In this document: in pieces, positions 1 to 8,419 of the stretch
Layout: each line of letters starts with the position of its first letter
Position numbering within the stretch: position 1 is the stretch's first letter
Source: Okeania sp.
GTDB lineage: Bacteria; Cyanobacteriota; Cyanobacteriia; Cyanobacteriales; Microcoleaceae
NCBI RefSeq assembly: GCF_035285525.1
Contig: NZ_JAYKGW010000160.1
Span: forward strand, 1-18,736
Length of the DNA stretch: 18,736 nucleotides
Direction: 5' to 3'
Program-made: the position numbers and the translations under genes
Notes under the pieces: generated by a model
What the model was told of the DNA's origin: nothing
Database searches by the model: none
What the model saw: the letters and a program-made list of their open reading frames with translations, nothing else

Positions 1-118
1 TATATTTGGCAATAAACCTAATACTTAGTAGATTTTGTTCACACTTGTTAATTAATCTCTGGAAAAATATTAGATAGTAGATGATATTATTCCAAATACT
101 TTGGCAAAAATTAAAAAT

Positions 119-203
119 CAGGACTTATGCAAAGCTACCATATACAGGGTTTAGGTGCGTTAGCGAAACGCACCCTACTAATAGCGTTCGTGCGTAAGTC
201 CTG
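119..203. mobile_element. MITE-like small dispersed repeat, family A, copy 1 (inverted relative to the copies at 4009 and 13728)
   Basis: Terminal inverted repeats CAGGACTTATGCA (119-131) and TGCGTAAGTCCTG (191-203). Internal hairpin GGTGCGTT-agcg-AACGCACC. The reverse complement aligns closely with the element at 4009-4096. Confidence 0.6.
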
Positions 204-263
204 AAAAATATAATCAATTCCTTCTTTCTGTCTATTTCCTACTTATTCTTGAATATTATCATT

Positions 264-2537
264 ATGTTTCAATATATACCTCATGGACACTGTTATCTAT
301 GGAATCATGGTTTAGTTAGCCTCCATTTAATCTCAGATACTCTGATTGCGATCGCTTACTATTCTATTCCTTTAATGTTAATTTACTTTATTAGACAAAG
401 AGAGGATTTACCTTTTCTTTCTATATTCTGGCTATTTAGTTGGTTTATCATTGCCTGTGGTACCACTCATATTATGGAAGTCTGGACTCTATGGAATCCT
501 ACTTACTGGGTTTCAGGAATTATTAAAGCGATAACTGCCATCATTTCAGTATTGACAGCGTTTGAATTATTTCCTATAATTCCTCAAGCGTTAGCAATGC
601 CAACTCCAGCTCAACTAGAAATAGCAAATCAACAACTGCAAAGACAAATAACTGAGCGTCAAAAAATAGAAAATGAACTTCGTCAAAGTGAACAACGTTA
701 TCGTGCTGTTATTGAAGATCAAACAGAGTGTATTGCTCGTTTTCAAACAGATGGAACTTTGACTTTGGTTAATGATACTTTTTGTCGCTATTTTGACAAG
801 GAAAAAGCTGAACTAATAGGTCAAGTCTACCAACCTCTAATTTTTCCCCCAGATCGAGAAAAAATTGACAGTTTATTGGCATCTTTGAATCCAGAAAACC
901 CAGTAGGAGAAGTCGAAAATCGAGTTTTTGTGGGAGAGCAAGTACGTTGGATGCAATGGATTAACCGCGGGATCTATAATACTGAAGGAGAGTTAATTGA
1001 ATTTCAAGCAGTGGGGAGAGATATTAGCGATCGCATAGCTGCTGAGGAAGCACTCAAGAAAAGTGAAGCCAGATTTCGTGCTGCTTCGGAAGCAAGTTTA
1101 GACAGTTTCTTTATTCTGGAGAGTTTACGAGATGAAACCGGAAAGATAATTGATTTTACTTTTGTAGATATAAACTCCCCCACTGAAAAACTTATTTCTC
1201 TGACTAAATCAGAAGTATTGGGGCAAAGATTATGTAAAATATTTCCTATCTACTGTAGAGAAAGCTTTTGTCAAAAATACATTCAAGTGGTAGAAACAGG
1301 AGAGGTTCTTTCAGAAGAGTTCGCGACAGATAGCTTTGGAAATGATATCAAGTGGTTACAGCATACTGTGGTTCCCTTAGAAGATGGTGTGGCAGTGACG
1401 ACTAGGGATATTAGTCAGCGCAAACAGTTGGAAATATCAAAATTGGCAGAACGAGAAGAACTTTTTCGGCAAGCTTTTGAGAATGCACCTATTGGTATGG
1501 CTTTGGTATCACCAGAGGGTAATTTAATTAGGGTTAATCATGCTTTATGTCAGATCGCTGGTTATGATGAAACTGAGTTAATGAGATTAAGTTTGACAAA
1601 AATTGTTCATCCTCAAAATATATTAGCTATTCTTGCTTCTTGTCAGGAAGTAATAGATAATAAACGGAATTTTTCCAAAATGGAGAAACAATACATTCAT
1701 AAACAAGGGCAGATTATTTGGGCGATCGTTAGTATTTCTGCTGCATATAGCATTTTAGGAGTTCCTCTTCATTTGATTGTTCAAGTTCAGGATATTAGTC
1801 AACGCAAGCGGTATGAAATGCAGCAGAAAAATCTGATTACTAAATTAAAAAATAGTAACCGAGAATTACAAGATTTTGCTTATGTTGCTTCCCACGATCT
1901 CCAGGAACCACTGAGGAAAATTCAAGCTTTTGGCGATCGCCTGAAGTTAAAATACGCTGAAGCATTGGATGAAAAAGGGCGTGACTATTTAGAAAGAATG
2001 CAAAATGCTGCCCATCGAATGCAAACTCTGATTAGAGATTTATTAGACTTTTCTCGTGTGGGGACTAAAGCAGAAGAGTTTATATCTGTTTCTCTCTCTC
2101 AAATAGTAGCAGAAGTTCTGAGCGATCTAGAAACTACTATCGAGAAAACAAAAGCTAGGGTAGAAGTAGGAGATTTGCCAATGATTCATGCTGACCCTAC
2201 CCAGATGCGACAACTGTTGCAAAATTTAATTAGTAATGCTATTAAATTTCATTTACCAGAACAGTCACCATTTGTCAAGGTAGAAGCAAAATTGATTCTA
2301 GAAACTGCTCAAGCAGAAATTAAGGTTTCTGACAATGGTATTGGTTTTGAGGAAAAGTATTTAGATAGGATATTTGCCCCTTTCCAACGGTTGCATGGTA
2401 GACAAGAATATGAAGGAACTGGGATGGGATTAGCAATATGTCGTAAAATAGTAGAACGTCATCAGGGTAGTATTACTGCCCATAGTTCTTTAGGTCAAGG
2501 AACTACTTTTATAATTACTTTACCACTTAAACAGTAG
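264..2537 (+). CDS. Sensor histidine kinase: ethylene-binding-like 3-TM N-terminal domain, about three PAS domains, HisKA, HATPase_c
   Basis: The ORF is open from TTG 249; ATG 264 gives MFQYIPHGHCYLW. The N-terminus matches the remembered ETR1 ethylene-binding domain pattern (ISDxxIAIAYxSIPLxLIYF ... FIxxCGxTHxxxxWT; Cys codon 456-458, His codon 468-470). H-box ASHDLQEPLRKI, N-box LLQNLISNAIKF, G1 DNGIGF, G2 GTGMGLAICRKIV. The choice between starts 249 and 264 is uncertain. Confidence 0.9.
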   Translation: MFQYIPHGHCYLWNHGLVSLHLISDTLIAIAYYSIPLMLIYFIRQREDLPFLSIFWLFSWFIIACGTTHIMEVWTLWNPTYWVSGIIKAITAIISVLTAFELFPIIPQALAMPTPAQLEIANQQLQRQITERQKIENELRQSEQRYRAVIEDQTECIARFQTDGTLTLVNDTFCRYFDKEKAELIGQVYQPLIFPPDREKIDSLLASLNPENPVGEVENRVFVGEQVRWMQWINRGIYNTEGELIEFQAVGRDISDRIAAEEALKKSEARFRAASEASLDSFFILESLRDETGKIIDFTFVDINSPTEKLISLTKSEVLGQRLCKIFPIYCRESFCQKYIQVVETGEVLSEEFATDSFGNDIKWLQHTVVPLEDGVAVTTRDISQRKQLEISKLAEREELFRQAFENAPIGMALVSPEGNLIRVNHALCQIAGYDETELMRLSLTKIVHPQNILAILASCQEVIDNKRNFSKMEKQYIHKQGQIIWAIVSISAAYSILGVPLHLIVQVQDISQRKRYEMQQKNLITKLKNSNRELQDFAYVASHDLQEPLRKIQAFGDRLKLKYAEALDEKGRDYLERMQNAAHRMQTLIRDLLDFSRVGTKAEEFISVSLSQIVAEVLSDLETTIEKTKARVEVGDLPMIHADPTQMRQLLQNLISNAIKFHLPEQSPFVKVEAKLILETAQAEIKVSDNGIGFEEKYLDRIFAPFQRLHGRQEYEGTGMGLAICRKIVERHQGSITAHSSLGQGTTFIITLPLKQ

Positions 2538-2544
2538 GATAAGA

Positions 2545-3000
2545 ATGGCAAACATACAGAAAAAAACACTACCTATTTTGATAGCTGAAGACGACGAAGA
2601 CGATCGTCTTTTAGCCATTGAAGCTTTTGAAGAAAGTCAATTATTAAATGAATTATATATTGTGAAAGATGGAGAAGAATTATTAGACTTTTTGTATCAT
2701 AGAGGTGCTTATCAAGACCCTAAAAGTTCTCCTCGACCAGGGCTAATTTTATTAGACTTAAATATGCCTAAAAAAGATGGTCGGGAAGCTCTTAAAGAAA
2801 TTAAAAGTGACTCTAATTTATGTTCAATTCCAATTGTGATTTTAACTACTTCTAAAGCGGAGGAAGATATTTATCGTTCTTATCTATTAGGAGGAAATTC
2901 TTTTATTGTGAAACCAGTAACGTTTGAGAGGTTAATAGAAATGATGAAGCAGTTGGGTAATTATTGGTTTGAAATTGTTGAACTTCCTACTTATCCCTAA
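2545..3000 (+). CDS. Single-domain CheY-like response regulator (receiver only), probable operon partner of the upstream kinase
   Basis: Starts 8 nt after the kinase stop. Acidic pocket AEDDEDD, phospho-acceptor context LILLDLNMPKKDG, LTTS, and FIVKP lysine. No output domain in 151 aa. Confidence 0.9.
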   Translation: MANIQKKTLPILIAEDDEDDRLLAIEAFEESQLLNELYIVKDGEELLDFLYHRGAYQDPKSSPRPGLILLDLNMPKKDGREALKEIKSDSNLCSIPIVILTTSKAEEDIYRSYLLGGNSFIVKPVTFERLIEMMKQLGNYWFEIVELPTYP

Positions 3001-3040
3001 TTAGATATTGCCGATCGATTATCAAAGAATTGATGTAAAG

Positions 3041-3078
3041 ATTCAGTTATCAGCTATCAGCTATTTTTTTTGTTTTAG
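3041..3078 (+). repeat. STRR-like heptamer repeat (CAGTTAT CAGCTAT CAGCTAT) followed by a T8 run
   Basis: Three tandem heptamers at 3044-3064, then T8 at 3064-3071. A nearly identical module (ATTCAGT...AGCTAWCAGCTATCAGCTATTTTTTTT) lies at 13662-13707, also just 3' of a plus-strand gene. Confidence 0.55.
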
Positions 3079-3379
3079 ATATAAACCTCATCTTTAAGAC
3101 TATACTTTATAAATATCTCTTAGGTGCATCTCACATTTATTTGCAAAAATGCTTTTTTCCTCCATACCTATTTTCTCCATACCTATTTCCTGTTCCCTAA
3201 AAGCAATAAATTTTTCCCTTTCTTTATGTATTAGACATCTCCAGAAATAAAAAATAGAATCAATTCTCCCATACGAAAGCATCAATTACTCTTCCCAGTT
3301 AAGCGTTAAGTGTTCCCTGTTCCCTCTTTTCCGAAGATGTATATTGAGATGCACTTCATCTATCTTGATATAAAGCTTG

Positions 3380-3669
3380 ATAATGGATAACTTTAAAAGC
3401 AGAGTCTTGTTGCTGTTAAAGGAATTCCGATCCAAGAAGTTAGCTAACAGCTAATAACTGTTGACGAAGCATTCCGCAGGAAATGCTTACCGAATAATTA
3501 ATAATTAATAGTTAATAATTAATAATTAAAAGTTGATAGTCAATAATTATTCATTCAACAATTCACCCCTGGAACCCGGACTAAGGATTGGGGATAAATT
3601 TTCATGATTAGTCAATCCCCTTCTTTGAAGAAATAGTAATTATTAATTGTGCATGGCTTTATTGCTGAA
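3380..3669. mobile_element. MITE-like dispersed repeat, family B, copy 1 (core about 3486-3669 plus a left extension sharing the ATAATGGATAA terminus)
   Basis: The core TTACCGAATAATTAATA...TTCATTCAACAATTCACCCCTGGAA...GGGGATAAAT...TAGTCAATCC..CTTCTTTGAAGAA..GTAATTATTAATTG...ATTGCTGAA is nearly collinear with 11810-12010 and related to 8969-9129 and 7015-7234. Confidence 0.5.
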
Positions 3670-4008
3670 TAATTGGTAGATAAAGGGTTTAACATTTTTT
3701 AATTATAATAAAATAAGTACCATATTTTTAGTCTCACACACTCAAAAAGTTAGCATTTTTGCAAGAGTTGAACAAAAAAAATTACTTCTCAATTTTCCCG
3801 TATACTCCTTTTTCTTTGTATTGTAAAATGGCAAAATACAAAAATTTGATTTATCCTATATGTAATAATCCTATTTTATTTGTGTCAAAAATATTACTGT
3901 TTTTTTAGGGAACAAGGAACAAGGAAAAAGCGGGAGTTTCAGTTGATTTATTTACTTTCTGATTTGTCACAACCTCCGCACGGATTGCTATATATAAATA
4001 ATATCATT

Positions 4009-4096
4009 AGGACTTACGCATGAACGCTATTGGTAGGGTGTGTTAGCCTAACGTAACGCACCAATAATCTATATATAGTGCCTTTGCGTAAGTCCT
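4009..4096. mobile_element. MITE-like small dispersed repeat, family A, copy 2
   Basis: TIRs AGGACTTACGCA (4009-4020) and TGCGTAAGTCCT (4085-4096). The interior GAACGCTATTGGTAGGGTG...AACGCACCAATAATCTATATATAG is shared with 13728-13866. Confidence 0.65.
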
Positions 4097-4227
4097 GATC
4101 GTGTTCGGATAATCAGTTATAAAAAAATTTCTCCCTTCTTTCCTTTTGTTTTCCCCCTTACTTCCTGTAAAGTGTCAGTATTCAAACGAACATAATATAA
4201 CTACCTAAAAAAATACAAATTATTCCA

Positions 4228-6879
4228 ATGAACCAAGAAATTATTAGAGTGCTTTTAATAGAAGATGATGAAGATGATTATCTTTTGCTTGATGATTTAT
4301 TATCAGAATTAGAAAGACTAAAAGTCTTGTTAGATTGGGAAAATACTTATCGAGGAGGATTAGCAGCAATCAAGAAAAGTCAACATGATGTTTATTTAGT
4401 TGACTATCGTTTAGGAGAAAAAGATGGGTTAGAATTACTACAAACAGAAATTGTTAAAAATTGCCAAATACCAATTATATTACTCACAGCTCAAAACGAT
4501 GAAGAATTAGATATAGCTGCTCTTAGTTTAGGTGCAGCAGATTATTTACATAAGTCAGAAATAAAATCATATATATTAGAGCGAGTAATTCTTTATGCAA
4601 TTGAAAGAAATCAAAATTTCAAAGCTCTCAAAGAAAGCCAAGCTAAACTACAAGAAGCAGAAAAAATTGCTCATTTAGGTAACTGGGAATATGACATAAA
4701 TACAGAAAAAATAACTTTATCTGATGAAGCTTCTAGAATTTTTGGTTTTAATGGCAATAAATCAGAAATAACTTATTCAGAATTGTTGAAAAGGTTCGTT
4801 TCTGAAAGTCAAGAATTATTAAAAGAAAATCTAGCTTTAGTATTAGAAAAAAAAGCTTATGCTGAATCAGAATACAAAATTATTCGACCTGATGGTAAAT
4901 TTAGATATATCTATACTAAGTCTACTTTAGTAGTCAATAATAACTCCGAAACTAAAGGAATATTTGGTACAATGCTCGATATTACAGAGCGCAAAGAAGC
5001 TGAATTAGAACTACAAAAAATTCGGCAAAAAGAACATTTATTAGGGATAATTATAGACAGAATTAATCAGTCTTTAAATCTGGAAGAAATATTAGAAACT
5101 ATCGTACATTCCGTTAGGGATTTTTTAGAATGCGATCGCGTAATTATTTACCGTTTTCTATCAGATTCAAGTGGTATTGTTGAGAAAGAATCTGTTAGAG
5201 AAGGTTATCCCACGCTTTTAGGTAGAGTTATTGGCGACCCGTTTTTTTCTGACGAAAATATTTTAGAACGATATAAGAAAGGTTATATAAATATAGTAAA
5301 TGATGTCGATATTCGAGAAATTAAAGAGTCCTACCAAAATTTATTTAGGTTATTTCAAGTCAAAGCAAATATAGCATTACCTATATTAATTAATCAACAA
5401 GAAATAGAAACACAAACATCAGGAATTGTGGTGTGGGGATTATTAATTGCTCATCATTGTCGGGAAAAAAGGGAGTGGGAAAAATCTGAAACTGATTTAT
5501 TAAAACGCTTGGCAAATAAGATAGGAATTGCTATTCAAAAAGCTCAACTTTATGATCGTTTAAAACAACTAAATCAAGAATTAGAAAAAATAGCTTATAT
5601 TGATGTTTTGACAGGTGTTTATAATCGTCGTCACTTTGAAGAAAAATTACTAGAAGAGTGGAGAAGATTAGAAAGAGATCGGGCTTCAATGTCAATTATT
5701 ATGGTAGATGTAGATTGTTTTAAATTTTATAATGATACTTACGGTCATCAGCAAGGAGATAAATGTTTACAACAGGTAGCTCAGACTATTCGTGCTACAG
5801 TGAAACGACCAGGAGATTTTGTGGCTAGATATGGAGGGGAAGAATTTGCAGTTGTATTACCAAATACTCCCATAAAAGGAGCTTTTCAAGTAGCAGAAAA
5901 TATTAGAACAGAAATTGAAGCTTTAAAAATTCCTCACCAAGCTTCAGCAGTGAGTAAATGGGTGACAAGTAGTTTAGGATTAGCAAATATAAATTGTGAC
6001 AGTCAATCTAATCCAGAGCTGTTGATTCAAGCCGCAGATATGGCTCTTTATAATGCTAAAATTTCTGGTAGAAATCGCGTGGAAATATATAATACATCCA
6101 TGCAAAATCTGGAAGAGCAAAAACAAGAAATTAATTTAGTTAGACAACTAAAAGATGCTTTGGGGGAAAATCGTTTCTGTTTGTATGGTCAGACAATATT
6201 ACCACTACATGAAGGTGTAAAAACCAAGCTTTGTGAAATTCTGCTCAGATTTTGGGATGGTTCTGGAAAAGTAATTTCACCAACTACTTTTCTCTCGGTA
6301 GCAGAGCGTTATCATTTAATGCTGAGAATTGACCGTTGGGTAATAAAAACTCTATTATCTTATTTGTCTCTACCTCAAATTACTAAGTTATACCAAGACT
6401 TAATTTTTACAGTTAATCTTTCTGGAGTTAGTATTAATGATAGTTCTTTTTCAGAATTTATTGAACATCAATTTGCTATTTCTCAGGTGTCTCCCAAACA
6501 AATTTGTTTTGAAATTACTGAGACTGTAGCTATTGCTAATTTAGAAAATGCAGCTAAGTTTATTCGGTCTTTAAAAAAATTAGGTTGTAGTTTTGTATTA
6601 GATGATTTTGGCACAGGAATGTCTTCTTTTTATTATCTGAAAAACTTGCCAGTAGATTACTTGAAAATTGATGGGATGTTTATTAGAAATATAGAACAAG
6701 ATTCTCTTTCTCAAGGAATAGTAGAGAGTATTTATAATATTGGTAAAACAATGGATTTAAAGGTGATTGCTGAATATATAGAAACCGAATCTATTTTGAA
6801 TAAAATTACTGATTTAGGTATTGACTATGGTCAAGGATTTCATATTGAGAAACCCAGTCAACTAATAACAATGGTATAA
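4228..6879 (+). CDS. Hybrid response regulator / c-di-GMP turnover protein: REC-PAS-GAF-GGDEF-EAL
   Basis: 883-aa ORF. REC (IEDDEDD, LVDYRLG, LLTAQ). PAS (LGNWEYD...FGTMLDITERK). GAF (CDRVIIYRF...LLIAHHC). GGDEF with an intact RYGGEEFAVV site. EAL with CFEITE, DDFGTGMSS, KIDGMFIR and QGF. Confidence 0.92.
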   Translation: MNQEIIRVLLIEDDEDDYLLLDDLLSELERLKVLLDWENTYRGGLAAIKKSQHDVYLVDYRLGEKDGLELLQTEIVKNCQIPIILLTAQNDEELDIAALSLGAADYLHKSEIKSYILERVILYAIERNQNFKALKESQAKLQEAEKIAHLGNWEYDINTEKITLSDEASRIFGFNGNKSEITYSELLKRFVSESQELLKENLALVLEKKAYAESEYKIIRPDGKFRYIYTKSTLVVNNNSETKGIFGTMLDITERKEAELELQKIRQKEHLLGIIIDRINQSLNLEEILETIVHSVRDFLECDRVIIYRFLSDSSGIVEKESVREGYPTLLGRVIGDPFFSDENILERYKKGYINIVNDVDIREIKESYQNLFRLFQVKANIALPILINQQEIETQTSGIVVWGLLIAHHCREKREWEKSETDLLKRLANKIGIAIQKAQLYDRLKQLNQELEKIAYIDVLTGVYNRRHFEEKLLEEWRRLERDRASMSIIMVDVDCFKFYNDTYGHQQGDKCLQQVAQTIRATVKRPGDFVARYGGEEFAVVLPNTPIKGAFQVAENIRTEIEALKIPHQASAVSKWVTSSLGLANINCDSQSNPELLIQAADMALYNAKISGRNRVEIYNTSMQNLEEQKQEINLVRQLKDALGENRFCLYGQTILPLHEGVKTKLCEILLRFWDGSGKVISPTTFLSVAERYHLMLRIDRWVIKTLLSYLSLPQITKLYQDLIFTVNLSGVSINDSSFSEFIEHQFAISQVSPKQICFEITETVAIANLENAAKFIRSLKKLGCSFVLDDFGTGMSSFYYLKNLPVDYLKIDGMFIRNIEQDSLSQGIVESIYNIGKTMDLKVIAEYIETESILNKITDLGIDYGQGFHIEKPSQLITMV

Positions 6880-6885
6880 GATAAA

Positions 6886-7255
6886 TAATAATGGATAATT
6901 ACAGCAGATTCCAAGTATCTTAAATACAGATATTAATAATTAAATCTATCCAGTGCGAGCCGGAAAGCTCGCGGTGTGTACCTAACTAACTAGGATAATT
7001 AATAATTAATAATTAATAATGGATAATTACCGAAGAATTAATAACTAAATAATTAAATAATTCGCGCCTTGAAGCCTCCCCTTTAAAGGGGAAAAAGCGG
7101 TCCTCAGCGGAGCTTCCCGAAGGGTAAGATGGATGGGTTCCCTAACCATATCTAACGACCAACAGAAATAAATTTTTTCCTTTTATTCAATCCTCTTGCT
7201 TTTAGGGAGAGGTAATTATCAATTATCCATTATTGAAAGCAGATTCCAAGTAGAT
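6886..7255. mobile_element. Composite or nested family-B MITE cluster
   Basis: AATAATGGATAATTAC occurs at 6887-6902 and 7015-7030, with an inverted partner AATTATCCATTATT at 7221-7234. A 15-bp direct repeat AGCAGATTCCAAGTA lies at 6903-6917 and 7238-7252. Internal hairpin GCGAGC-cggaaa-GCTCGC, and a family-B core (TTGAAGCCTCCCC...). Confidence 0.5.
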
Positions 7256-7274
7256 CAGGTAAAGCTCAATAATA

Positions 7275-7739
7275 CTAACCTTGATTTTTAATGAGCATGA
7301 CGCGAATAATTTCATTTACTCTCTTTTCCGGAATGTCGAGCGCTTCACACAAACTCTCTAAAAGCTCCTCTTCCTCTTTTGTAACTTGACCATCTGATAA
7401 AACAAGGTCAGTAGCGATCGCAAAAGCAGTCTCATACAAATCGTGGGGAAGCGACTTAAAAGCTGCATCAATAAGTGCTTCATCTCCCTTTTTTTTCTGG
7501 ATTTCACCAAGTTTATCAAACATTCTCTCCATAACTTCACTGGAGTAATTTCTGAAAAGCTGCATTCGACCTAAAAAAGTAAGAAGTAAGTCAGTTTCAA
7601 CATCAGCTAAATAATTATCAGCAGAAATTACCACTAACATAATAGCAGCAAATGATTCAGCAGGTCCTAAAATTATTTCACTTCTGACATTATCACTTTT
7701 GAGACTTTCAGATTGATGCACTCTGTCAAATAATCCCAT
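7275..7739 (-). CDS. TerB-like (tellurite-resistance TerB / DjlA-N-like) family protein
   Basis: 154-aa ORF. It has two helical repeats of the type remembered for TerB domains (ISADNYLADVETDLLLTFLG and LVLSDGQVTKEEEELLESLCEALDI). AAGGAGAAAAA lies immediately upstream of the ATG on the minus strand. The family call comes from motif memory only. Confidence 0.6.
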   Translation of the reverse strand: MGLFDRVHQSESLKSDNVRSEIILGPAESFAAIMLVVISADNYLADVETDLLLTFLGRMQLFRNYSSEVMERMFDKLGEIQKKKGDEALIDAAFKSLPHDLYETAFAIATDLVLSDGQVTKEEEELLESLCEALDIPEKRVNEIIRVMLIKNQG

Positions 7740-7777
7740 TTTTTCTCCTTAGTTATTTTTTGTTTTCTTTAGTTCTA

Positions 7778-7852
7778 ATATAGTAATTCAGTTGTGCCAG
7801 ATTGTATAGAGTAGGAGCCGGTTTGTTTTTGAAATTAACGAATTTAAGTATT
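7778..7852 (+). pseudogene. Relic of the 3' end (motif X region) of a C5-methyltransferase paralogue
   Basis: 7778-7814 matches 18641-18677 at 32 of 37 positions, and all 5 mismatches are G/A transitions. It translates as YSNSVVPDCIE* against YGNSVVPDCVEW in the 3' end of the 17448-18736 gene. Weaker similarity continues to ..AATTTAAGTAT (7841-7851) against ..GATTTAAGCAT. Confidence 0.6.
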
Positions 7853-8056
7853 AGAAATTATAAAACAAAAGAAATAACTAAAATTTGCTAGTTTTCTGGT
7901 GACCACCCTTGGCATTAAGTCAATTAAAATTCTGATACCAAGATGAAAATTATGGTAAAGTATTAACTCAAAGTACCTCCTGTAAACTGGCTTGATTAGT
8001 AGAAATTAATGGGGTGCATTTCATTCATTAAGAAGTTTTTATATTAGTTAACCACT

Positions 8057-8084
8057 GTAGGGACGTTCCATGCAACCTCCCTAC
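8057..8084. repeat. Degenerate copy of the GTAGGGACGTTCCATGGAACGTCCCTAC palindromic repeat
   Basis: GTAGGGACGTTCCATGCAACCTCCCTAC with conserved flanks (CCACT...AAGATTTT). Compare the perfect copy at 10785-10812. Confidence 0.55.
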
Positions 8085-8185
8085 AAGATTTTGACTATGA
8101 CGATGTGGTTCATCCGTTTAAAAAAGACTGTAAAATGAAAAACGCTATAATTTATAATAATCACTAAATAATTCAGATAAAGTCA

Positions 8186-8419
8186 ATGAAAGTAATAGAA
8201 ACCTACGGTAAAATTGATGATAAAGGAAATCTAATTTTAGAACATCCTCTAGAAATAAATATTCCTACAAATGTCCGAGTTATGATTTTTTTGCCAGAAG
8301 ATTCTGAAAGGTCAGAAATAGAAACTGATAAAACTGAGGAAACTGATTTTGAAAAAGCTATGGCGATCTATAAAAAAGGTAGTGAAAAATATAAAAATGC
8401 GTTACGAGAGTTAGCATAA
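8186..8419 (+). CDS. Putative antitoxin of a Doc-type toxin-antitoxin pair
   Basis: 77-aa ORF immediately upstream of, and overlapping, the Doc-like ORF. The acidic C-terminal half is typical of small antitoxins. The family is not assigned. Confidence 0.6.
   Translation: MKVIETYGKIDDKGNLILEHPLEINIPTNVRVMIFLPEDSERSEIETDKTEETDFEKAMAIYKKGSEKYKNALRELA

Noticed and set aside
3100-3285. 61-aa minus-strand ORF in the large intergenic gap
   Set aside because: It spans the tandem 15-mer repeat and the heptamer repeats, which gives the duplicated EKIGMEKIGMEE. It has no ribosome-binding context or motif, so it is most likely a by-product of repeat DNA.
3487-3545. AATTAATAATT-type periodic AT-rich arrays (also 6990-7070, 8985-9010, 11815-11870) as possible CRISPR or tandem regulatory arrays
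   Set aside because: The units are about 6-11 bp of low-complexity AT sequence with no unique spacers and no cas genes. They are the arms of the family-B repeats.
7358-7540. Small overlapping ORFs 7358-7540 (-), 12404-12589 (-) and 16095-16295 (+)
   Set aside because: Each lies wholly inside a larger, motif-supported CDS, in another frame or on the other strand, and has no features of its own.
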